Origin: Squalus acanthias
Lineage: Eukaryota
NCBI GenBank assembly: GCA_030390025.1
Contig: CM059431.1
Coordinates: forward strand, 94,738,001 to 94,802,000
Direction: 5' to 3'
DNA: 64,000 nt
Below, piece after piece: positions 1 through 12,839 of this stretch. The notes under the pieces are model-generated. The model was given only the letters and a program-made list of their open reading frames with translations, ran no database searches and was not told the origin of the DNA. How positions within the stretch are numbered: position 1 is the first letter of the stretch; every line of letters starts with the position of its first letter. A program made the position numbers and the translations under genes.

Positions 1-654
1 GAAGGATGTTCTTGCCATGGAGGGAGTGCAGCGAAGATTCACCAGACTGATACCTGGGATGGCAGGAATGACGTACGAGGAGAGATTGGGTTGATTGGGC
101 TTATACTCGCTGGAGTTTAGAAGAATGAGAGGAGATCTCATTGAAACTTATAAAATTCTAACAGGGCTAGACAGACTGGATGCAGGAAGGATGTTCCCGA
201 TGGCGGGGAAGTCCAGAACAAGAGGTCACAGTCTAAAGATAAGGCGTAAGCCATTTAGGACAGAGATGAGGAGGAATTTCTTCACCCAGAGAGTGGCGAA
301 CCTTTGGAATTCTCTACCACAGAAGGCAGTTGAGGCCAAGTCATTAAATATATTCAAGAAGGAGTTAGATATATTTCTTAAGGCTAAAGGTATCAAGGGA
401 TAGCAAAATACTGCGGATGCTGGAAATCCGAAATAACAACAGAAAACGCTGGAAAAACTCAGCAGGTCAGGCAGCATCCGTGGAGAGAGAAAGAGAGTTA
501 ACGTTTCAGGTCGATGACCTTTCATCAAGGGATATGGGGAGAAGGCAGGGACAGGGTACTGAGTTTGGATGATCAGCCATGATCTCATCGAATGGGGGAG
601 CAGGCTCGAGGGGCCGAATGGCCTACTCCTGCTCCTATCTTCTATGTTTCTATG
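1..654 (+). mobile_element. CR1 LINE 3' end (ORF2 C-terminus and 3' UTR), interrupted by a Penelope fragment
   Basis: ORF 95-403 ([21 protein letters not shown]...TRGH...RRNFFTQRV.NLWNSLP) is the CR1 ORF2 tail; 3' UTR ends in the TTCTATG repeat; same 3' end as the element at 38120. Confidence 0.92.
403..523. mobile_element. Penelope-like element terminal fragment inserted in CR1
   Basis: Flanked by ATCAAGGGATA on both sides (392-402, 524-534); the minus strand carries a truncated hammerhead-like motif (t)TGATGA-AAGGTC-ATC-GACCT-GAAA-CG-TT. Confidence 0.7.
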
Positions 655-1304
655 CTTTGCTTGGGGCTGATCAGTAAAAGTTGTTAGCTTGAACAAGCTT
701 GCTTACAGTAGGGTTCACGAGCAAACTGCAGACCCCCATCAAAAACAAACTGGACTTGGTATCAATTTACTTAGATCCAAATTTCCTCTGAGCATAATTT
801 ACTGAAAATCCCAATTTGTAAAACTGGAAACCTATATTAAAATTTACCAAGGAAATGAGTTCCAAGAACAAAAATGTTTGGGAAATATTTAATTGACTAT
901 AGTTCCAGAAGGATAGAATCCCTGATCAGGCACGGAGCAGCACTCGTAGGGAGCGCTAGTTGGGAAATCGCAGGCCCACTGCCCCTTGATTTTCCTTTCA
1001 TTTATAGAAAGTCAGGAGCTGCAGGGCTGCTATTTCTTGACCAGCGCTTCGAGCGAGTGCCACTCCTCACTCGGAATGTCCAATTGAAGAATCAGCCTCT
1101 TTGAATGAACTGAAGACTAGATTTTTCTGTCCCTACCTTATGAATGGGAGGAAACTCCAGCCCTGTACTCAGTGAACAGCCAACTAGCTGCAGTAGTAAC
1201 AGACTTTTATAAAAATTGGTAAAATACGCATGTTATGGCTCTCCGCTTCCCTCTAACAGTATATTAGTCCCACCAGTTGGTAGTGCAGCCCACACACTCA
1301 CATA

Positions 1305-1385
1305 GGCCCTGAAGTTGGTGGTGCTCCCAATTTTCCGTTGTAACTTCGCGGAAGACAGGGAGAACTCCCAGTGAATTTCAGGGCC
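1305..1385. mobile_element. Short MITE with GGCCCTGAA termini (PIF/Harbinger-like); similar copy at 12241-12325
   Basis: GGCCCTGAA...TTCAGGGCC inverted termini; 3-bp flanks ATA/GTA. Confidence 0.45.
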
Positions 1386-2385
1386 GTAGGACATTGCTCC
1401 AGGGAAATATCACATGACTGCAGTGAGTTCCTGAAGTTGAATCTCAGAACAAATCCAAAAAAGTGAACAAACATTCCAGTTCGGAGAACCTTTCGTCCAG
1501 CAGGTCTGAAGAGTTCGTGTCACATTTTGGGATTTTTGATTATTTGGCCTAAAAGGGATTTTTGGTTTAAGCTATAATGGTTTTGATGCAAAGTCAGATT
1601 CAGGATTCTAAGGATTCATTACTAAAAATCCAACTTTTTTAGAACTTGACAGATAAAGGATGGAACCACTGGGACAAAGATGAACCGGGCATTTTAATGA
1701 ACTCTGCTGAAAGGAAATAGACATCAGTTTTGATAGTAGGCCTATCAGTTTGAGACACTGGGGAGGTTTTTAACACAATCTATCACTTCCTAGTGATGTT
1801 CATATATGTAATGTCAGATTTGCTTCTTCTCACTTAGCTCAGCAGCAGCTCAGCTGAACAGGCCGTGCTGGTGATGTGGGTGGGAGAAGTTTCTGTTCCA
1901 AGATGGTAGGTTTGATTGGTAGCTCAACTGCATGAGCCTGGCAGAGCGGATTGCCCACCAATACTGGCATAAAAATCAAGCGGGTTCTATAACAGGCAAG
2001 CAATCTAGATGAACGCCCATGTGGTATAGATAAAAATTTACTATACAGCTGGGGGAGGGTCAAAGGTCAAGCCTTTCGCTTTATGTTCAGGTAAGAGCAA
2101 GTCAGAAACGCAGTCCACTGGGAGCTCCTAAGTGAGATATAAGGAGTGAAGGCTACATCCTTAAGCTAAGTGCCAACCAGTTTCATAAAAGTTACTGGTC
2201 AGAATAATGTATTTAACTTGCTAAAAGAGATAGTGTAGCATGTTTCATTACTTTCTATGTTACAAGTAGTGTTACAGAATAGATTAACATTCACTCTAAA
2301 TTCACCTCTAAACTAGAGCCCAAAAAACAACTTTCGAAAAAAAACCTAGCTTATTCACACATACGCTGGAATGACTTGAAGAAAT

Positions 2386-2585
2386 AAAAGAACTTGCCTT
2401 TCATGACCTGAGGACATCTCAAAGCACTTTATAGCCAATTAATACTTTTGTAGTGTAGTAACTGTTGTAATGTAGGGAAACGCGGCAGCTAATTTGCACG
2501 CAGCAAGATCCCACAAGCAACAATGCGATAATGACCAGATAATCTGTTTTGTAGTAATGTTGGTTGAGGAATAAATATTGGCCAT
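2386..2585 (-). mobile_element. SINE fragment with L2-type tail
   Basis: Matches the tail half of the SINE at 53585-53997 (GTTGTAATGTAGG.AAACGCGGCAGC.AATTTG...). Confidence 0.65.
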
Positions 2586-4644
2586 TGTTTGCTCTACTGC
2601 TACCTTATACTAGGCAATCAGATTGGAATTCTCTGACCAAACTGAGCATACCCAATTAATTGACATAATTTGTGTCATGGTTGTGATCTTAATGCCTTTT
2701 CCCACAGTGTTTGCACTTAATGCTGGTGCATTGTGCACAATGTCTAAACTCTAACCCGTGACTACTAATTGATTTCCCCAGTGGAAGGAGTAAGGGTACT
2801 GGCTGCCTGCTGGGTTTCAGTGGGTGCTGCTTGGGATTCTAGTGGCTGTTTGCAAATCTATAACCACATCTACTGCTGCTGCAATTGGGTGCCCCTGCTT
2901 GCTTTCTGGAACATCTGTGGTGACTGGCACAGGAGGGCTGAAGAGGCTAGGTGTGATGTGGTCTAAGAGACAGCAACCTTATCCATGCCAACTCAAACCA
3001 TGCCCCTGCTGCTGGGCATTCCCTTGGCATACCCACATGAGATATTGCCACGGGATCAGCATCACCGATCACTCCCACAGGCAGACCTTGCATTCCCTAT
3101 GATAGAGAGTTCTACTTTTTCTGCTCAATATCTAGTTAAATGACCATTAATCCATATACCAGCTGCGAAAATACAACACACATTACCTCGTGAATTCTCC
3201 TTTCTTTATGGCATGCAACCTGAATAGGCACTCAACTGAGGTTAGACACATGCTTCAAACTAATAAGTAGTTTGTTTGCATAAGCTATATGATCGAGGAG
3301 TACACCATTTTCCTAGTATATATTTTGCTACACTTCACTATTATGAGAACAATAGAGACACAACTTGTTCTTTCTCTATGCACTAGCCCGAAGACCTACT
3401 ACCACTTAAACTAGCTTACTGCTTCAAGGCTAAGATGGCTTAGACTTTAAAGTATAGACAATGGCCCTGAATTTCCTGCGGGTGGATGCCTCCGATCGGA
3501 ATTTTTTTTACGAACTTGCCTGCTGGTTCCGTAGGTCCCGAGGCTTGCGATCCTGGACCTCTGCTCTTCAAAATGCGCAGAGGCCCACGTATCCCAGGGG
3601 GCACATGCGGTTCACAAGCGCCCCTGGGATCACGTGGGCCAGGCAAACCAATGAAAGAAGGGAATTCCCCCCTTCACACTTTTGACAGTTCTGTATGCAC
3701 AGAACTGTCAGAAATATGAATGGGTTATCACATTTAAAACACACACAAACATTAAATACATTTTTTAAAAACATTACATATTTAAAATTAATTAAAATGC
3801 CATTTAATATTTTAAACAAATTGATTTTTTTGAAAAAAATAATTAAAAGTTTTTATGGGGCTAAAAATAAGCTTACTTTTTTTAAGAGTACTTTTAATTT
3901 ATAAATTAGTGATCAAATTTTATTTTTCTATTTTTTACAAACTCTTTTGCTGGTAAAAGCAGGCCTTACGCAACATAAACCTGCCCGTCAGAAAGCATTA
4001 GGTGCTCATTGAGACTAAATCCATTGATTAATCTCACCCCAGACTATGTGTGTTTATTTGCCCATGATGGGCCATGTCCACTGGTTTTGTGACCTTTAGT
4101 TGCTTTGGGCCTTTCTGGGCCATTCGGCTCCAGGTTGAGTGCTGGGGCATTGAGAGCTGCTGAATGAGATCACTCCCGAGTCTCGCGGAATGTCTGGTTG
4201 ACAGTCTCAGGGCTGCAATCAGATGCTCCATGGGCCCGATCACTTTCATTCGGCTCAGCCCCTCTTTTCACAAGCCAACCGGCTACCGGGGAATTTTCCC
4301 ATGTCTCCTCCCACAAACCTTGACCGATGAACCCGGAGCAGTCTCACCTTCTGAAGCTCAGTCTCTCCCAGGGCTCTGAGGCCTTGTCCGGCGCCTCGTC
4401 CCTGCCCTTTAACTCGAGTGCTGTTCACTTCCAGACACGCCTTCCTCCTCCCCCGCCGCTCAAGCTCGCTGTCCCTCCAATTACAGCTGCACTTTTTCCC
4501 ACTCCCTCCAGCCACTCGCACTTTTACCATTTGGTTTTGATGCTCAGCTCCTCCCCCTGCTCGAGCTCACTGTTGTACGCGGCCTGAGTATTTCAGTGCG
4601 CAGTACATTCCATATTGCTGCGCTCGCGCGCACCTTCGAGAAAC

Positions 4645-5720
4645 CATTGTCCACTGCCCTTTGTGTGAAGAAATGCTTACTGACATCACCCCTGAACGGC
4701 CTAGCTCTAATTTTAAGGTTAAGCTCCCTTGTACTGGACTCCCTGCCACTCCGCCCCCCCCCCCCCCCCCCCAACAGAGGAAATAGTTTCTCTCTATCCC
4801 ATAGACTCCTTTAACCATCTTAAACACCTCAGTTAGATCGCCTCTTTTATATTCAAGGGAAAGCAAGCTTCGTCTAAACAACCTGTCCTTGTAATTTAAC
4901 GCTTTTGGCTCCGGTGTCATTCTGGCGAATCTGCGTTGCATCCCCTCCAAGCTCTATGTATCGTTCCTGAGTTGTGCCCAGAACTGAATGCAGTACTCTA
5001 AATAGGGTTTAACCAGAGCTTGATGTAACTGTAACATAACTTCCACTCCTTTTATTCCAGCTCCTTTGTATTCCAGCCCCTCTGAGATAAAGGCCAACAT
5101 TCCACTAGTCTTTTTAATTTTTTTGTACCTGTCCACTACCTTTTAGCGATTTCTGTGCTTGGACACCTAAATCTTTGCTCCTCCACAGTTCCTAGCTTCT
5201 GGCCATTTACAACATACTCTGACCTATCTTTCTGTCCGAAGTGGATGACCGCACATTTCCCCACATTGAACTCCATCTGCCACAGCTTAGCCCACTCATT
5301 TAATCTATCAATGTCCCATTACAACTTTCTGCTCCCATCTACACAATACTGTGCCACCTAACTTCTTGTCAGAAAAATTGGATATATGGCTCTCTCGACC
5401 TTCATCTATGTCATTTATAAAAATAGTGAAAAGCTGAGGTCCCCGTACAGATCCACGGGAGACACCGCAAGTCACATCCTGCCAATTGGAGTACATATCC
5501 ATTATCCCTACTCTCTGCCTCCTAACCAAATCCCTACTCATGTCAATAGATTGCCTCCAATTCCATTTGCTCTCATTTTTGGTAACAGTTTCTTATGCTG
5601 TATCATTCTATGATTCTATATGTGGAACATAATCGAGTGTCTTCTGGAAGTCCATCTAAATAAGATCCATAGACACTCCCTTATCTACCACTTTAGTTAC
5701 CTCCTCAAATAATTCAACAT
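4645..5720 (-). mobile_element. Degenerate CR1 ORF2 3' fragment (RT domain)
   Basis: ORF pieces GPQLFTIFINDID, YLEYCIQFW, QRRFARM. Confidence 0.85.
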
Positions 5721-7480
5721 ACTGCAGTCCCAACACACTGTCTGTGTGGCCATTTCTAATACTTATTTATTAGGTAGCAGTAATAAGAATATAAGAAATA
5801 GGAGTAGGCTATTTGGCCCTTTGAGCCTGCTCCGCCATTCAGTAAGATCATGGCTGATCTTCTACCTCATCTCCACTTTCCTGCACCATCCCCATATCCC
5901 TTGATTCCCTTAATATTCAAAAATCTATCAATCTTTATCTTGAATATACTCAATGACTGAGCCTCCACAGCCCTCTGGGGTAAAGAATTCCAAAGATTCA
6001 CCACCCTGTGAGTGAAGAAATTTCTTCTCATCTCAGTCCTAAATGGCCGATCCCTTATTCTGAGACTGTGACCCCTGGTTCTAGACTCCCCAGCCAGGGG
6101 AAACATCCTCCCTGCATCTACCCTGTTGAGCCCTGTAAGAATTTTGTATGTTTCGATGAGATCAGCTCTCATTCTTTTAAACTCTAGAGAATATAGGCCT
6201 AGTCTACTCAATCTCTGCTCATAGGACTATCCCCCCATCCCAGGAACCAGTCTGGTGAACTTTTGTTGCACTGCCTCTATGGCAAGTATATTATTCCTTA
6301 GGTAAGGAGACCAAAACTGTACACAATACTCCAGGTGTGGTCCAACTAGGGCCCTATTTAATTGCAGTAAGACGTCTTTACTCTTCTACTTAAATCCTCT
6401 TGTAATAAAGGCCAACATTCCATTTGCTTTCCTAATTACTTGCTGTACCTGCATGTTAACTTTCAGTGATTCGTGTACACGGACACCCAGGTCCCTCTGA
6501 ACACCAACATTTCCCAATCTCTCTCCATTTAAAAAATACACTGCTTTTCTATTTTTCCTACCAAAGTGGATAACTTCACATTTCTGCACATTATATTCCA
6601 TTTGCCATGTTCTTGCCCACTCACCTTAGCCTGTCTATATCCCCTTGAAGCCTTCTTGCATCCTCTTCACAACTTATATTCCCACCCAGCTTTGTATCAT
6701 CAGCAAATTTGGATATATTACATTTGGTCCCCTCATCCAAATCATTGATGTAGATTGTGAATAGCTGAGGCCCAAGCACTGATCCTTGCGGTACCCCACT
6801 AGTTACAGCCTGCCAACCCGAAAATGACCCGTTTATTCCTACTCTGTTTTCTGTCCGTTAACCAATCCTCAATCTATGCTAGTATATTACCCCCAATCCC
6901 ATGAACCCTAATTTTGTTCAATAACCTCTTGTGTGGCACCTTGTCGAATGCCTTCTGAAAATCCAAATACACCACATCCACTGGTTCCCCTTTATCTATT
7001 CTGATAGTTACAACCTCAAAAAATTCTAACAGATATTGTCAAACACAATTTCCCTTTCATAAATCCGTGTTGACTCTGCCCAATCCTATTATTATTTTCT
7101 AAGTGCCCTGTTACCACGTCCTTAATAATAGATTCTAGCATTTTCCCTACTACTGATGTGCGGCTAACTGGTCTGTAGTTCCCCGTTTTCTCTCTCCCTC
7201 CTTTCTTAAATAGTGGGGTTATATTTGCTACCTTTCAATTCGCGGGAATCATTCTAGAATCTCTAGAATTTTGGAAAATGACAACCAATGCATCCACTAT
7301 CTCTGTAGCCAACTCTTTCAAAACCCTAGGATGTAGGCCATCAGGTCCAGGGGATTTATCGGCTTTCAGTCCCCTTAATTTCTCCAGTACTATTTTACTA
7401 ATGCTAATTTCTTTCAGTTCCTCATTCTTCACTATTTCCGGGAAGTTTTTTGCGTCGTCTTCTGTGAAGACAGACACAAA

Positions 7481-8230
7481 GGGCTGGATTTTGATACTGG
7501 GGCGGGTTGGGGTCGTGTCATCCACTTTTCGTGTTATACACCCGACTGCAATTGGATGTGGGAGATTGATACAATTTTCACCTAATTGGGCAATTGAGTT
7601 CCAGCATGTGGGAACCCATGAACCAATTAATGTTTCCAGTCTGAAAGTTGCCTTTGATGATGTCGTCATTGCTGCTGCATTGAAGGTCTTTAAAGACTGC
7701 CTGGCCTTTGCTGTGAGAGGACCTGCAAAATGAGCAGCAGCAGTCCTAAGTCTGCTCCCAGATATTTTTACACCACCACTCCCAGATATGTCTCCTCTCC
7801 ATCCATATATATATACAGCCAGAACTATCCATATCCAAATGTGCTCCCAACTATCCATATCCAAATGTGCTCCCAACTATCCATATCCAAATGTGCTCCC
7901 AACTATCCATATCCAAATGTGCTCCCAACTATCCATATCCAAATGTGCTCCCGCCATGTTTCACAATCGTGCTTCAGAACAGGCATGCTTCACGTAGAAC
8001 AAGGGTTAAAATCACAAAGGCCTTTCAAAATGGCATTATAGAGGCAATTTAATGTTTAAGGGCCTTAACAGCCTATCCTGCCTCTTAGAGGCGGGATGGA
8101 GTCGGGACCAGCAGACACGATTTAATGAAAATTGCGTGGAGGCGGACTTGTGCCCGCCTGCCAGTTTTCGCAATTTTAACCCCCCACACGCCTCCAAACC
8201 CGCCTCCACGGGTCAATGAAAATCCAGCCC
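7481..8230. mobile_element. Non-autonomous PIF/Harbinger-type element (750 bp)
   Basis: Perfect 12-bp TIR GGGCTGGATTTT / AAAATCCAGCCC; 3-bp TSD AAA (7478-80, 8231-33); CR1 sequence is contiguous once it is removed. Confidence 0.85.
7823..7952. repeat. Minisatellite, 5 x 26 bp (AACTATCCATATCCAAATGTGCTCCC)
   Basis: Five head-to-tail copies, no spacers, inside the 7481-8230 MITE. Confidence 0.95.
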
Positions 8231-8608
8231 AAAGTATTTGTTTAATATCTCTGCCATTTCCTTATTCCCCATTATAATTTCTCTTGTCTCGGCCTGTAAG
8301 GGACCCACGTTTACTTTCACTAATCTTTTCCTTTTTACATACCTATAGAAGCTTTTACCGTCTGTTTTTATGTCTCTCGCTAGTTTACTCTCATTCTATT
8401 TTCCCTTTCTTTATCAATTTCTTGGTCCTCCTTTGCTGAATTCTAAAATCCTCCCAATCCTCAGGCTTACTATTTTTGGCAGCATTATAAGCCTCTTCCT
8501 TTGATCTAATGCTATCTTTAACTTCTCTTGTTAGCCACGGTTGGACCACTTTTCCTGTGGGGTTTTTGTGGCCTAAAGGAATGTATATTTATTGTAAATT
8601 ATGTATTA

Positions 8609-9008
8609 CAGGAAACTCTTTATTAACCGGCACCGACGGGACCGGTGTGGTGCCGGTTTATCAAAAGTACCGGATAACGGAGAGTTATATCTACCGATGC
8701 TATTTTTAACAAAGAAAAATAAATAAATCAAGAAATGAGCAGTATACTTCGGACAGCGCCAGGAGGCCGAGTAGTGGCACTTTTGAAAAATACCCATACT
8801 GACTAAATCGGCGTTCGCGGACTCGGACTCGGGATCGGCAACATTGCCGGTTATTTGAGAGGAGTTTTCGGAGTACTCGGCGTTCGCGGAGACTCGACTG
8901 CGACTCGGCAACATTGCCGGTTATTTGAGAGGAGTTTTCGGAGGATGATTTTTGCCGGTTAAGCGAGAATTCCGGATATTTGGGTGCCGGATAAACAAAA
9001 GTTTCCTG
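8609..9008. mobile_element. Tc1/mariner/pogo-type MITE (400 bp)
   Basis: About 26-bp imperfect TIR CAGGAAACT...CCGGCACC; TA TSD (8607-08, 9009-10); internal direct repeat of about 65 bp; CpG-rich. Confidence 0.85.
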
Positions 9009-10192
9009 TAATTCTTTAAATGCTAGCCATTGCTCGTCCACTGTCATACCTTTTTAACGTAATTTCTCAATCTACCGTAGCCAACTCGCCGCTCATACCT
9101 ACGTAGTTTGCTTTGTTTAGATTTAAGAGCCTAGTTTCGGATTTAACTAAATCATTTTCAAACTCAATATAAAATTCTATCATATTGTGGTCACTCTTCC
9201 CTGAAGGCCCCTTTACTACAAGGTTATTAATTAACCCTTTCTCATTGCACAATACTAGATCTAAAATAGCCTGTTCCCTAGTTGGTTCCTCAACATACTG
9301 ATCTAGAAAACTATCTTGCATACATTCCATGAATTCGTCCTCCACACTATTACTGCAAATGTGGTTTGCCCAGTCTTTATGTAGATTAAAGTTCCCCATG
9401 ATTACTGTATTACCCTTGTTACATGCGCCTCTAATTTCCTGATTTATACTCTGCCCTACATTACAACTACTATTTGGGGGCCTATAAGCAACTCCCACCA
9501 ATGTTTTCTGCCCCTTGCTGTTTCCTAGCTCCACCCAAACTGATTCTACTTCTTGATTTTCAGAGCTAAGATCCTTTCTCTCTACTGTCTTTATCCCATC
9601 CTTTATTATCAGAGCTACCCCTCCTCCTTTTCCATTTTGCCTATCTCTTGTAAAACTTATGAATCCTGGAATATTTAGTTCCCAACCTTAGCCACTTTGC
9701 AACCACGTCTCCGTTATGGCTATTAGATCAAACCTGTTAATTTCTATCTGCGCTATTAATTCATGTATTTTGTTGCGAATGCTTCGCGCATTTAGATATA
9801 GTGCCTTTAGCTTTGACTTATTTCTCTTTTTTTTTCCTGATGTCACCTTAGTCACTGATGCCTTATTACCTTTGTTACTCTCTCTCTTCCTTCCTGACCC
9901 ACTCTGCTTATTTTTACCCTCTAGAGCCTTGAGATTTCTCTCGCTGCTTTTAAATTTACTCTTTCCTGAATCCTCCCGCCCCCCCCCCCCCCCCCCACCC
10001 CCTCTTCATTAGTTTAAAGCCCTGTCTACTGCCCTAGTTATGCAGTTCACCAGGACACTGGTCCCAGCCCGGTTTAAGTGGAGCGCGTCCCAACGGAACA
10101 GCTCCCTCTTTCCCCAGTACTGGTGCCAATGCCCCATGAACCGAAACCCCTTCCACCCACACCATTCTTTGAGCCACGCGTTTAAACCTCTA

Positions 10193-10943
10193 GGGGGAAA
10201 AATTCAGTTGGTTAGCGCCTCGATTTTAGTGCCGCTCGCGAAATTGACCAGTCGTTTTGCGGCGGTGCTAAGTACTACCTCCACGATCTCCTGTGCCCGC
10301 AGATCGTGACGTCAGTTGAGCGTGCAGTGCCCCGGACCGGATATTGAGTCGCGCCCCCTGCCTTAGTGCCTGCCGCTCGGAACAACAGGTAGAGGGGAAC
10401 CTTTTCAAGTCGGGAAGGGGCTGGGGGAGCGCTATTTAAAGACCAACACTTCATGCCTTTTCTTGTCAGCAAAATGTTTGGTACACGCAGATTGAGAGGG
10501 AGAGAGACGTCTGGAAAGATTTAATGCTGTCCAAAGGAGTTTTGGCCCTCAGCACCACTTTTGAGGTTCCTAAGCGCCGAGCTCTTTCCCTGGGCCTATC
10601 CATTAGTGCTTCCAACACAATTGCTTTAGAGGTCTCTCCAGGCTGAGATTCAAGGCTGCAATGAGCAGGGAGTGGCTGGCCAGCAAGATGGCCCCTCCCC
10701 TTTAAGAACTGGACGGCGCCAGTCTGTCTGGCTTCCATGGTTACTGACATCTCCTGAGCTTCGGTAGCGTTCTGAGGTAGCGCCTCGCTCCCCAACGTTA
10801 GCGCCTTAAGAGAGGTGTGTAGCGCCTGATTAAGCACTCAAATCACCTCCAGGGACGATAGAGGCGAATTTTGCAGTCGGAGGCGATAATTAGCTCCGGG
10901 TGCTATTAGCGCCCCAAAATGGGCGATAACCAATTTTCCCCCG
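10193..10943 (-). mobile_element. Internal-deletion derivative of the Harbinger family found at 40960-45063
   Basis: Terminus GGGGGAAAAATTCAGTTGG; probable CTA TSD; both ends align by eye to the ends of the 4.1-kb element in reverse; retains the Myb-gene start (MDRPRERARR versus MERVRERAQR). Confidence 0.85.
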
Positions 10944-12445
10944 CTAATCTGTTTGTCCCTATGCCAATTTGCGTGTGGCTCAGGTAACATTCCAGAGATT
11001 ATTACTTTTGATGTTCTGCTTTTTAATTTGGATCCTAGCTCCTCAAACTCCCTCAGCAGAACCTAATTTCTAGTTCTATGTATGTCATTGGTTCCTACGT
11101 GGACCACGACAACTGGATCCTCCCCCTCCCACTCCAAGTTCTTCTCCAGTCACGAGGAGATGTCTTTAACCCTGGCACCGGGCAGGCAACTCAACCTTCG
11201 GAACTCTCGGTCACGGCTGCAGAGAACAGTATCTATCCCTCTGACTCCCTACCACAACTACATTCCCTTTCACTCCCCCCACTTGAATGGCCTCCTGCAC
11301 CATGGTCAGCTTTCTCATCCATCCTGCTGGCTTTTCCCTCATCCACACAGGCAACAAGAACCTCGTACCTGTAAGACAAGGGCAAAGGCTGAGGCCTCTC
11401 CAGCAATGCACCTGGGTTCCCTTGTCTACCTGAGTTGCAGTCACACCCTCCTGTCCTTGACCACGAACCAGACCTGACCACTATCTAACCTAAGGGGTGT
11501 GACTGCCTCCTGGGTCAAAGTGTCCCATCCCTGATGTCCTGCAATGTCTGCACCTCAGACTCCAGCTCAAAAGCTATAGTAATTTATTTCTTTTACTAAT
11601 AGAATAACTTGAGGTCCATATTGTATTTAGTAGATGGATTTTAGCCTGATTTCAAATTAATTAGTAATTAATTACGCTGAATATTTATTATTGACTTATT
11701 TAACTAAGTTGATGGATTGGTTTATACTTGGCTCAGATTCTTCGGGTTTTGCCGCTCCTCCTCTGTTTTGACTATGATATCTCTTTGTCAGATTTTTCCC
11801 TGCGTTTGTTTTAGGATGCACTGCCATATCTCGCACCCTTTTTAAAGGATAGTAGAAGCAAAAACCTTTGGCGGTTGTTTAAGATACAGTTGGATATTCT
11901 GATGGGGGAGTTAGGGAAATAAAAGATTGAGCTTGTAACTGTCCTGAGGGGCTGGGATGTAGAAAGACGGAGTTGTGGCTCCTTTTACCCATGGGGAAGT
12001 GGAGGGGAATTTCAGTAAATGGGGCAAGTTCTGTGGGTGGTGTCAAAAGACAAACTGCTGTTCTGACTTGTACCAAGGACAGTGTTTATTATTAAAACAC
12101 TCTGTTACATGCACAATTGTGTGTAGTTCCTTTGAAAAAAGTTGAAGATCCTATTATCCAGTGCTACACGGGGGTCTCCACAACCTTGGTGGTGGGCTGA
12201 ATGAATTTTTCACATCTCTGACATCTTTCATATTTTTCTTGGCCTTGAAATTCAACAGAGGTTCTGCCGCCATTTTCACCATTTCTCTGGGTTGCGCTGG
12301 TGTACCACAGCAGGATTTCAGGGCCATTATGTTGAAACCTAATGCAGAACAAAATGCGGAGCTTTAAAATATTATCTTGGCATTTGAAAAACAGAATGAT
12401 TGCTGCATATTCTAAACTGTGCTACTTTTTATTTTCTCTCTTTAG

Positions 12446-12745
12446 TTCCTCCAACTGTTACGGTCCAAATTTATCCAGTTCCCTCTCTGGCTGACTGCAG
12501 TGAACTCCCTGTCACCTGTACGGCAGCAAATGCGAAACCAGCTGCCAACATCACTTGGGAAACACCTTTTCCTTTATATGCCCATCAGAATATTACACCT
12601 CCTGCTGCTAATGGGACTGTGACCGTCTCCAGCCAGTTCCATCTGTGTCCAACTAGCTCGATGCATGGGCAGAATATTTTCTGTGTCGTGGAACATCCAA
12701 CCCTGAAGAGTCCTGAACGATTTCCTTATAAGCTGAATATTTACT
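12446..12745 (+). CDS. Exon of nectin/PVR-like Ig-superfamily membrane protein: C-type Ig domain
   Basis: ctctctttag acceptor, gtaatc donor, 300 nt, phase 1-1; PPTVTV...VTCTAANAKPAANITW...NGTVTVSSQF...GQNIFCVVEHPTL. Confidence 0.9.
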
Positions 12746-12839
12746 GTAATCATAATTACATATAGCTTTGTCAATATATTTGTTTATACGTTTTTAGTAA
12801 ATACAGTGAGGCACAAGGACTGAAATAGAATCTATTATA

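Larger units (their letters stand above)
5785..11570 (-). mobile_element. Long degenerate CR1 (ORF1 remnant, APE, RT, 3' tail) carrying three nested DNA transposons
   Basis: ORFs 9067-9534 (YRPP, SDH endonuclease motifs), 7235-7876 (KSPGPDGLHPRVLKE), 6386-6601 and 5867-6211; ORF1-like sequence at about 10040-11500. Confidence 0.88.

Noticed and set aside
7823..7952. CRISPR-like array (26-bp repeats; also the 32-bp repeats at 57172-57330)
   Set aside because: Units are head-to-tail with no unique spacers, there are no cas genes and the context is eukaryotic.
1..12445. Signal-peptide and V-domain exons of the Ig gene
   Set aside because: No spliceable V-set frame was found in the non-repeat stretches examined; probably upstream of the window.
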